A DNA stretch of 64,000 bases, from positions 1 through 64,000 of the IMG/VR virus record IMGVR_UViG_3300028797_000101; one strand, written 5' to 3'. The notes under the pieces are model-generated. The model was not told where the DNA came from. It made no database searches and saw only the letters and a program-made list of their open reading frames with translations. Position 1 is the stretch's first letter. Each line of letters opens with the position of its first letter. The stretch is from a virus. Lineage: Duplodnaviria > Caudoviricetes. This document shows positions 10,035 through 17,463 of the stretch, one piece after another. The position numbers and the translations under genes were made by a program.

Positions 10035-10633
10035 ATACACAATGATTCAAGGAGCGCAACAATATGAAAAAGTATATTAAACCTGCAAGTTCAGATAGCG
10101 TCAGGACATCATTGGATCTCTACAGCAATCAAAATTTTGATGAAGATCAACTTGATGAAATACGCAAGGGTCTTGAAGCAGGTGTCGATGTTAGCATATA
10201 TGCTGATCCTAAGTTTGATTGGGTGCAGATGCAAGAAATCCGACTAGGACTTGAATCTGGAGTTGACGTAAGTGTCTATACCGATCCAATGTCGTTTGAT
10301 GGATGGCAGATGGAAGAGCTTAGAAAGGGTCTCGAATCCGGCGTCAATGTCAGCGTCTATGCGGATCCCAGGTTTGGTGATTGGCAAATGAAAGAGATCC
10401 GAAAAGGTCTAGAATCTGGTGTCGATGTCAGCGTATATGCAGATCCTAAGTTTGACTGTGATCAGATGAGGGCAATAAGAAAAATTCTTGAATCCGGATC
10501 TGATGTCAGTACATATTTCAAACACATGCATGAGTTGTCCACAATCATACACAGGTAGATATCTCTCATTTAGCATATCTACCTGTTGTAGAGTGAATAT
10601 GGTGATACTATACCTCCTTTCGGAGTAGGCTGA
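10002..10633 (+). repeat. 33-bp direct repeat (10002-10034 / 10601-10633)
   Basis: GGTGATAC[C/T]ATAC[A/C]TCCTTTCGGAGTAGGCTGA, 31/33 identical; copy of the 3' end of gene 9663. Confidence 0.9.
10064..10558 (+). CDS. Tagged tandem-repeat protein (MKKYIKPAS; ~5 x 24-aa repeats)
   Basis: Repeats QMxEIRKGLESGVDVSVYADPKFD. Confidence 0.8.
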   Translation: MKKYIKPASSDSVRTSLDLYSNQNFDEDQLDEIRKGLEAGVDVSIYADPKFDWVQMQEIRLGLESGVDVSVYTDPMSFDGWQMEELRKGLESGVNVSVYADPRFGDWQMKEIRKGLESGVDVSVYADPKFDCDQMRAIRKILESGSDVSTYFKHMHELSTIIHR

Positions 10634-11208
10634 GTAGAAGCAGTTGAAATCAATTCAATAGGCAAGGAGTAGAAGATGAAAAAGTATATAAAGAGTGCAA
10701 CTAAATTTTACAATTATCGGCTTGATGAAGATCACCAAGCGGATCGACTTAACATACCTGCAGCATCTGTTAAGGCCAAAGTATTTCAAAATGTAGATCC
10801 AAAAGATGTAGAGGTTTTCCAGTATCTTGTGGATAACAAAGTAATTCCAACTATTGTTTCTAGCGGAAACCTAAGAAACAATCCTTACTACGATGAAAAG
10901 GACAAATTCATAAAAGTTGTGAAGGAAAACTCCGATAGGAGAACTTACTCCATTCCTGTAGCAGGTGGTGGAAGATTTGGTACCGGATCAATATTTGCGT
11001 ATCGCATCACTGTTGACGACGACGGAACTATTCAGTTTGGTGATGGTAGAATTGTAGATCCATATAAGTTGAAGCCAGCTACGCTTAAATCATATTTCTA
11101 CAAATACGGATACTAAGAAAAACATCTATCTGGGTCATTCAAACACATATACACGTTGCCCACAATCATACACAGGCAGATATCCCTCATGTAGCATATC
11201 TGCCTGTT
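10517..11208 (+). repeat. 71-bp imperfect direct repeat with 12-bp hairpin (10517-10587 / 11138-11208)
   Basis: TTCAAACACAT...CACAATCATACACAGG[T/C]AGATAT...ATATCT[A/G]CCTGTT; copy of the 3' end of the minus-strand gene 11135-11782. Confidence 0.9.
10676..11116 (+). CDS. Tagged hypothetical protein (MKKYIKSA)
   Basis: SD AAGGAG, tag. Confidence 0.8.
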   Translation: MKKYIKSATKFYNYRLDEDHQADRLNIPAASVKAKVFQNVDPKDVEVFQYLVDNKVIPTIVSSGNLRNNPYYDEKDKFIKVVKENSDRRTYSIPVAGGGRFGTGSIFAYRITVDDDGTIQFGDGRIVDPYKLKPATLKSYFYKYGY

Positions 11209-11782
11209 TTAGTTTGTATTGACGACGTGATGCATCAGATATCTTCTTATCATCTTTCATCCACCACTTAGTTTTCTGAATATCTCTAACATGCTTCATA
11301 CCGATTGATTCATAATCTTTGTAGTTCTCAAAGGACATGTTAACATATGCTATGATAGAATCTATTTCGAACTTAGATGCTTCTGAAGATAAAATGTCAT
11401 ATCCATCAATCACATTATAAGTAGGTAACATCCAAAGTCTAGATAATTCCGCTGTGAAATTCTTATCACGAGATTTCTTAAACGTCATGATGCAGTAAGT
11501 TTGATCATCTTTAACAAGTCCTAAGGAAAGAACATTTCCGCGAGGTGCACCGAATGGATGATATGTGTTAAGCCAAGTATCAGCATATGATTTTTCAAGC
11601 CTAAACACACTCAAAGAAGAACCTTCTATATTGTTGATACGAGGTTCCTGATAAAATAAGACAGTACGGCGCTTAGATTCAAATGTTTCACGTCTTTTAT
11701 CTTGAACTTCAGATAATTTAGAAACATTATCTACGCCGTATGTAGATAATAAAGTTTGTTTTCGTTTTTCGTTAGTATTCAT
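11135..11782 (-). CDS. YG-repeat plus GNAT/Mom-like domain protein (truncated relative of 15133-16656)
   Basis: TYGVDNVS repeat; WLNTYH...LGL...MTF...ELSRL...IIAY...GYLPVYDCGQ colinear with the central domain of 15133-16656; no nuclease domain. Confidence 0.6.
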   Translation of the reverse strand: MNTNEKRKQTLLSTYGVDNVSKLSEVQDKRRETFESKRRTVLFYQEPRINNIEGSSLSVFRLEKSYADTWLNTYHPFGAPRGNVLSLGLVKDDQTYCIMTFKKSRDKNFTAELSRLWMLPTYNVIDGYDILSSEASKFEIDSIIAYVNMSFENYKDYESIGMKHVRDIQKTKWWMKDDKKISDASRRQYKLKQADMLHEGYLPVYDCGQRVYVFE

Positions 11783-12230
11783 AATCAATTATCCACCTTT
11801 GTAAATGAGCACAATGTGACAGGAGGTCTATTATATGAAGAAAGTTATTGCATCATTAAGCACCGAATCATTCGATGTAAAAGAACCACTCAGCCATCTT
11901 ACAGAGGCGCAAATTGCTGCGTTACCTGATCGGTTTGCTGTTAAGACTCGTATCCCTGGAGGAAATTACGGGTCCAAGTTCGTAGTACTTAGTAAAGCAA
12001 GATTTATAGAAAATCCTCGGGAATGTGTTTTCATTGATAGCTATTGGGGATACGCACATCCTGGCGATATTTACTTGGCAACTCGAGAAGATATATACAA
12101 TTATCAGAGCAGACGATCAGCTGAGTTAGATCAAGAAAAGGAGATTCTCAAAAATCGAGTTCGAACATTAGCTAATGCTGCTGTTATGTAGATGCTGCTG
12201 AAGCTTATTTTATTTTTCGTTAGTATTCAT
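11765..12230 (+). repeat. 18-bp exact direct repeat (11765-11782 / 12213-12230)
   Basis: TTTTTCGTTAGTATTCAT flanking gene 11835-12191. Confidence 0.85.
11835..12191 (+). CDS. Tagged hypothetical protein (MKKVIAS)
   Basis: SD AGGAGGT. Confidence 0.75.
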   Translation: MKKVIASLSTESFDVKEPLSHLTEAQIAALPDRFAVKTRIPGGNYGSKFVVLSKARFIENPRECVFIDSYWGYAHPGDIYLATREDIYNYQSRRSAELDQEKEILKNRVRTLANAAVM

Positions 12231-12266
12231 TGTAAATAAATATAAGGTGAAAGAGAGGTACAAGTC

Positions 12267-12596
12267 ATGAAATTATATGTATCGGCTGCAAAAGCTTCTA
12301 GTGCTAGATCTTCAATTCGATTGAATTCGAAGTCTAATAGAGATCTGTTAGATGCGCTTACTCAGGACATGCTTTACCAAACATTTGAGAATTATCCTGA
12401 CTGCAACTTAGATGATGCTTATGAATATACATTAGACCATGTCATACTAGCTATAACGGAGATGGATGATGAAGAGGAGCCTATGTATTCATCGTTACTT
12501 CCGTTCGCAAATCATGAAAACGAAGAATTCTGTAACATGGTGAAACGTATTGTGAACGATCATTATGATGATTTCAATTGGTACGATGAAGTCTGA
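12267..12596 (+). CDS. Tagged acidic protein (MKLYVSAA)
   Basis: SD GAGGT, tag. Confidence 0.75.
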   Translation: MKLYVSAAKASSARSSIRLNSKSNRDLLDALTQDMLYQTFENYPDCNLDDAYEYTLDHVILAITEMDDEEEPMYSSLLPFANHENEEFCNMVKRIVNDHYDDFNWYDEV

Positions 12597-12670
12597 GTCA
12601 GCGAATTGTTTAATGAATTGCGCACAGTAACATCGGTTGAACTATTTGTAAGATAGCAGGTGAGGTAAGG

Positions 12671-12901
12671 ATGAAGAAATACATACAAGCTTCAGCAGAA
12701 GCAACAAATGAGCAGTTAGATCAAGTATTTAAGAAAACGGAGGCAGCTAACATGACTGAATACGCTCAGTTACTAGAACTAATACAAGAGCTACAACAGA
12801 AGATTGAAGCACAAGATGAACGAATTTCAGAGCTTGAGTGGAAAGTTGAAGAATTGTATTCGGAATATAAATCAGAGCACGATCCTTACCGATATGATTA
12901 A
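12671..12901 (+). CDS. Tagged coiled-coil protein (MKKYIQAS)
   Basis: Tag plus heptad-rich body. Confidence 0.75.
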   Translation: MKKYIQASAEATNEQLDQVFKKTEAANMTEYAQLLELIQELQQKIEAQDERISELEWKVEELYSEYKSEHDPYRYD

Positions 12902-12943
12902 ATATTTTTGGCGCATAAACATAAGGTGACGGAGGTACAAGTA

Positions 12944-13507
12944 ATGAAGAAATACATACGATCCTCAACAGAAGTAACAAACGAGTATCTGAATCAATTG
13001 TTCAAGAAAATAGATTGGGATGATGTTGATTATGCTGACAGGCTTATCGACAGAACTATAAAGAAGTACATACCTGTTGATAACATATTTGATCAAGCAA
13101 AATACATAAACATGCTGGACGAAGATGTAAAACAGGAACTTATGTCCTTGCTTGAATCTCCAGAAGCTATACATGAAAAGCGTATGAAGAGCAGGAAGCA
13201 ATCTAAATCCCGTAGTAACAAATCTGAAAGTACAGAACTGTATGTCAAGTTCGAAGATTATCCAGATGGAAACATCAAGGAAGATAAATTCACTGGAAGT
13301 AACAGGCTAGACGCACTGAAGAAGATGGTAGACTCTTTACTACTTTATCTAGATGTAGACACCATAGAAGAAGACAATCTTTCAGATGAAGATGTAATAA
13401 AAGCTTTAGAGCTACAGAACGGTGACGGGTGCGACTACATCATTCGTCTAGAAGATAAGAACACCGGAGAAGTCCTCATGGATTATCCTTATGAAGAAGA
13501 ATTTTGA
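12944..13507 (+). CDS. Tagged hypothetical protein (MKKYIRSS)
   Basis: Start reassigned to ATG 12944 after GGAGGT; first 22 aa similar to gene 12671. Confidence 0.8.
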   Translation: MKKYIRSSTEVTNEYLNQLFKKIDWDDVDYADRLIDRTIKKYIPVDNIFDQAKYINMLDEDVKQELMSLLESPEAIHEKRMKSRKQSKSRSNKSESTELYVKFEDYPDGNIKEDKFTGSNRLDALKKMVDSLLLYLDVDTIEEDNLSDEDVIKALELQNGDGCDYIIRLEDKNTGEVLMDYPYEEEF

Positions 13508-13537
13508 GAAGCATAGAAAAGTATAAGTAGGTTAAGC

Positions 13538-13930
13538 ATGAAACGATACATTCAATGTGCAGAACAATCTAACGGAGTATTTTGGGTCATTGATGACGAA
13601 CTTTTTGCATTCCCTTTTTACGAAGGATATTCAGGACACGGAGTTGCAAAATCAGGTTCAACATTTAATCATGAGAAGCTTTGGCCTGAAATAGCGCCTA
13701 AGTCTTGTAGAAACAAACCATTTGATTACTATCCAAGAGGCAGAGTTCAGCTTAAGAATGATGGCTCATCTATTATTTACATGAATCCAAACATTGATGA
13801 ATCGATGATTCCAGAAATCAAACGTCAATTCGGTCTTAGATCTGATCCAGAAATTCATCTAGATAACAGCATACACTACAGATGTCATCTAGATGATGGA
13901 TATGTATCAAATAAGAAAAGCAGAAGGTGA
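13538..13930 (+). CDS. Tagged hypothetical protein (MKRYIQCA)
   Basis: Tag; GVFW...H...W...DYYPRGRV...HY motif. Confidence 0.75.
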   Translation: MKRYIQCAEQSNGVFWVIDDELFAFPFYEGYSGHGVAKSGSTFNHEKLWPEIAPKSCRNKPFDYYPRGRVQLKNDGSSIIYMNPNIDESMIPEIKRQFGLRSDPEIHLDNSIHYRCHLDDGYVSNKKSRR

Positions 13931-13937
13931 GGTACTT

Positions 13938-14228
13938 ATGAAGAAATACATACGAAGCGCAGCAATACAGCCATCATACCATGTAGGTGATGTAGTATAC
14001 ACCGGAAACGCACTCGGCTATCAAACCACAAGTGAAATACAAGGGGACATAAATAACTTTCCGGAAAGCCTTGCAGACTATGTAAGAAACATCTACTACA
14101 TAGGCGATGACGTCTACAAAGTTGAATGGCTCACAGACGAAGATCATCTGTTTGAATCAAACTATCAAAGATTCTTTGACAAAGTATACAGAGTATTAGA
14201 AGCTTCAGGATTCACTGTTTTAGATTGA
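13938..14228 (+). CDS. Tagged hypothetical protein (MKKYIRSA)
   Basis: Start reassigned to ATG 13938 after GAGGT. Confidence 0.75.
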   Translation: MKKYIRSAAIQPSYHVGDVVYTGNALGYQTTSEIQGDINNFPESLADYVRNIYYIGDDVYKVEWLTDEDHLFESNYQRFFDKVYRVLEASGFTVLD

Positions 14229-14240
14229 TGGAGGTAACAC

Positions 14241-14450
14241 ATGAAACGATACATTAGAGCTGATTCAGGAGTTAAGTACGTAGTATATGCTGAAGGAACT
14301 TGGAAAAACTACAGGGCGCTGTTTCGAAAGCGGAATGGGTCTTCAAGGTATTCAACTGAAGCAGACGCCGATAAACTCGATGAAGCGCTCGCGAATAGAT
14401 TCTGTAATCAAACTGGTGGTAAATACACTTGGGTGAAGAAGAAGGTATGA
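14241..14450 (+). CDS. Tagged small basic protein (MKRYIRAD)
   Basis: SD GGAGGT, tag. Confidence 0.75.
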   Translation: MKRYIRADSGVKYVVYAEGTWKNYRALFRKRNGSSRYSTEADADKLDEALANRFCNQTGGKYTWVKKKV

Positions 14451-14526
14451 ATCACGTCCAGTTGTGCAGAGTGTGAACAACTAGATCGTTATATCTCATA
14501 TACGACAATATAAGGAGATAAAGGTC

Positions 14527-15141
14527 ATGAAATTATACATACGAAGTTCCGAAGAAATAAATGAACCTGGTGTTCTATTTGAGGACTACATACTTATTGA
14601 TGTGGATGCTTCAGATATTAAGAGCATTTGTGCATCTGAGGAGATTGCTAGATTTCCTGGACCTGAAATATTTCGACAAGACGTAGCGAAGATTCTACAA
14701 AATGAGTACGGCTTCGACATCATAAAAGAGTCAGGTGGAAAATTAGGTTATGTAAGTAATAAAAATGGTAGTGAGTCTGTATATTTCAACGCGTACTACG
14801 ATCTATCTAATTCAGATCCTGTTTTGAAACGAGTCGGCACATCTGTAAAAGCTCCAGAGTCTGGAAAAGTTCATTGCTTCATACATTTTAGATTTTCCGG
14901 ACATATCTTAGAAAATGTAGGTGATGCAGATCACAATGATTTCTTGAATGATAATTTGGCCAAACACATACAAGGTCATCCGGAGATAAATTTTACAGTT
15001 AAAGAAGAACCTGTAATAATACCAGAACGAACATTGCTCTTAGAGTATAACAAAGTAAAAGAATTTGTAGAAGACGAATTGGATGTAAGAATATTTGGGT
15101 GGGTTCATAGAGCACTTAAGCAACATCCTGAGTTATTTTGA
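14527..15141 (+). CDS. Tagged hypothetical protein (MKLYIRSS)
   Basis: SD AAGGAG, tag, internal ICAS site. Confidence 0.75.
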   Translation: MKLYIRSSEEINEPGVLFEDYILIDVDASDIKSICASEEIARFPGPEIFRQDVAKILQNEYGFDIIKESGGKLGYVSNKNGSESVYFNAYYDLSNSDPVLKRVGTSVKAPESGKVHCFIHFRFSGHILENVGDADHNDFLNDNLAKHIQGHPEINFTVKEEPVIIPERTLLLEYNKVKEFVEDELDVRIFGWVHRALKQHPELF

Positions 15142-16656
15142 ACGTCTTTTTCTATATGATATCTTAGCTTTCTCTCGAGCTTCAGCAGAATTGCCTGGAA
15201 CTTTACAGCCGTAGCGTTCCAGGCTTGTTTGTTGTGTTTTCTTAACTCTACATTCATAGGAACAGGCAACTGGTGGACGCTTCAGATTTTCAACATTATC
15301 TTCGAGGTACTGCTTTCCACATATTGGGCAAGTTCTATAGTGCGGACGCTTGCAGTAGCGTTGATGACTAGACGCAGGTATAAATGATTCTCCGCAGAAT
15401 TCACACTTTCTTTCTTTTGATTTTCTTGTCATCTCAACTAATTGATTGTAGTCCATTTCGATAGATGAATTGGTATCATAACCTTGTTCTGTATCGAGTA
15501 ATTGCATAGCATACACAGCTTGACCGCAATCATAAACCGGAAGCCACCCATCTTTTATCATCAACTCTTCATTAGACGTACCTTTACCGTAGTTAGCATT
15601 AAACAACTTATCATAACCCAAAGCCCGTAGTGTAGATCCTAGAATCTTATCGTTTCCTTTTGACCATACTTCTTGTGGAGTATTGATCCGAACGAGCTTC
15701 AGACCTAATCTTTCATACACATCACCATCAAATTTCGACATATCACAGTACGAAATGATGCTGCTAGATTTGAGAAGATCTAGTGAGTGTTTGAATAATC
15801 TACTTGCGCCACTGACAACTTGTATTTCAGGCCTGGTACACAATCTAAGCAATTCATATTCATATTTCGTGTTGTATCTGGGTTTGCCAAATGTCATCAC
15901 CTGTACTAGTTCATTGTGATAGTATAGTCCCAGACGTAAAACAGAAGATCTAGTATGTCCCTGAAGATGATAAGCGTCTAGGAACTCATCACACGCATGC
16001 TTGTCCACTTCTTTCAATTCGCAGTTTCTAGCAAACACTTTGTGCCTAGGTTTAAGCATACTCACTATCTTGTTTACATCGTCCCAATCAAATATGTGTA
16101 TACATCTGTAACCATGTTCATGCGCAATTGCAGTCTTAATCTTATGATAATTTTCCTGTATACCTGTTTTTGTCCAATGATTTCCTATAACATTGTGCGT
16201 GTACGAGGGATCTATTTCAATAACTATATTGATGTCAGGGAGTAAAAGATCATACATCTTATCTTCTATTTTGAACTCGTAGATTACTTTGAATCCTGCT
16301 TCCTCAAATAACTTCCCGATCGCTTTATTCTCAGAAGATACTCGAAAATGCGAATTACTCAAGTATTCATCTGTCATCACATAGTACGGAACTCCATACA
16401 GCTCCATCATTGTATCTTTGAATTTCTCTCGAAACTTCGGAACCTTCATCGCACAATTCACTCCGTACTTATCTAACATCGTATTCGCTATCTTATCGAC
16501 AAACTGCTTACTGTGCATAACATTGTCCACACCATATCTTTCTATGCAAGTTGCTTTACGTTTCTCAACCGCTTGCTTCTGACTACAACTTCTACACAGA
16601 CCTGTTACACTACTATCAGATATAACTGAGTTACAAATGCTACAATACTTTGACAT
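15133..16656 (-). CDS. Hef/Vsr-like homing endonuclease fused to a GNAT/Mom-like domain and Zn-ribbon
   Basis: E[RK]YGV repeats; YEF...YDL...IEID..Y.H...GYRCIHIFDWD nuclease motif; FLDAYHLQG...ELLRLC...GASRLFK...IISYCD GNAT-like domain; C-terminal CxxC clusters. Confidence 0.7.
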   Translation of the reverse strand: MSKYCSICNSVISDSSVTGLCRSCSQKQAVEKRKATCIERYGVDNVMHSKQFVDKIANTMLDKYGVNCAMKVPKFREKFKDTMMELYGVPYYVMTDEYLSNSHFRVSSENKAIGKLFEEAGFKVIYEFKIEDKMYDLLLPDINIVIEIDPSYTHNVIGNHWTKTGIQENYHKIKTAIAHEHGYRCIHIFDWDDVNKIVSMLKPRHKVFARNCELKEVDKHACDEFLDAYHLQGHTRSSVLRLGLYYHNELVQVMTFGKPRYNTKYEYELLRLCTRPEIQVVSGASRLFKHSLDLLKSSSIISYCDMSKFDGDVYERLGLKLVRINTPQEVWSKGNDKILGSTLRALGYDKLFNANYGKGTSNEELMIKDGWLPVYDCGQAVYAMQLLDTEQGYDTNSSIEMDYNQLVEMTRKSKERKCEFCGESFIPASSHQRYCKRPHYRTCPICGKQYLEDNVENLKRPPVACSYECRVKKTQQTSLERYGCKVPGNSAEAREKAKISYRKRRSK

Positions 16657-16807
16657 ATCTTCACCTCCAATTATATTATATGTTATTTGGCCAAGACCGT
16701 CAAGTGGTTTTGTAAATAAATATAAAATACTCCTTAGTTCTTACGCCAGAAGTAATCTTATATAATGATGAAGTTGATTCTACATTATAATCAAGGAGGT
16801 GAAAAAT

Positions 16808-17353
16808 ATGTTCAGTCCGCTTTACTTAGGTACTAACCACATGCTCGGTGTAGACAATTATGTACCTTTGACTACGAATAACTTTGAAATTCGTATCTAC
16901 AACATGGACGGATCCACTCCGGCAGAGTTCTCTGATCTCCTTACACTTTCTACGGATGAAGTAGGAGCAATACAGGAGCAGCAGGACAGCATCATCGTTC
17001 ACTACGGCAACGGTATCATCAAGTTCCCTAGCAAGGTTACATTTGACGATGTTGAATGGACTCTTAACTGCTATTGTGAACCCAATGTACTTGAGGCCCT
17101 TAGAGAATGGAGACGTCAGGTTTACGATCCCGATACAGAGAAGATGGGTCTGCCTAGCCAATATATGAGGCAGGTATTCTTCATTAAGTATGACGGTCAG
17201 GGAAATCCCAGGGACGTAATTCGCTGTCCAGGCACATGGATCGGCAGCTTAAATAATGGACAAATGTCTCAGACCGGTGGAGAAGTAGTGAAAGTCAGTG
17301 TTCCCCTTCACATCTCTCGTGCTATTTACATGAAGCCCGAAGATTTCAGGTAA
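16808..17353 (+). CDS. Tail tube protein (T4 gp19-like)
   Basis: NNFEIRI...VHYGN..IKFP.KVTF...W...VYDP.T..MG...Y...YD..G......GTW pattern; ATG 16808 after GGAGGT. Confidence 0.75.
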   Translation: MFSPLYLGTNHMLGVDNYVPLTTNNFEIRIYNMDGSTPAEFSDLLTLSTDEVGAIQEQQDSIIVHYGNGIIKFPSKVTFDDVEWTLNCYCEPNVLEALREWRRQVYDPDTEKMGLPSQYMRQVFFIKYDGQGNPRDVIRCPGTWIGSLNNGQMSQTGGEVVKVSVPLHISRAIYMKPEDFR

Positions 17354-17366
17354 GATTTTAGAAAGC

Positions 17367-17399
17367 GTCGGCGGGTAGAAATGCTCGCCGATTTCTTTT
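17367..17399 (+). terminator. Intrinsic terminator
   Basis: GTCGGCGGGT...GCTCGCCGAT plus TTCTTTT. Confidence 0.75.
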
Positions 17400-17463
17400 G
17401 ACTTCTACGACAGGTGTTTATCAACAACTTTCATCGTTATTGATAAACAGGAGGACTATATCT

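Noticed and set aside
9420-10520. 72-bp periodic repeats as a CRISPR array
   Set aside because: They are in-frame protein repeats with synonymous variation and no repeat-spacer structure
9060-14450. MKK-type N-termini as Sec signal peptides
   Set aside because: No hydrophobic h-region follows; residues after the tag are polar or acidic
9060-14450. Integron-like cassette array
   Set aside because: No common attC-like site between all genes and no integrase in the window; the repeats are copies of flanking gene ends
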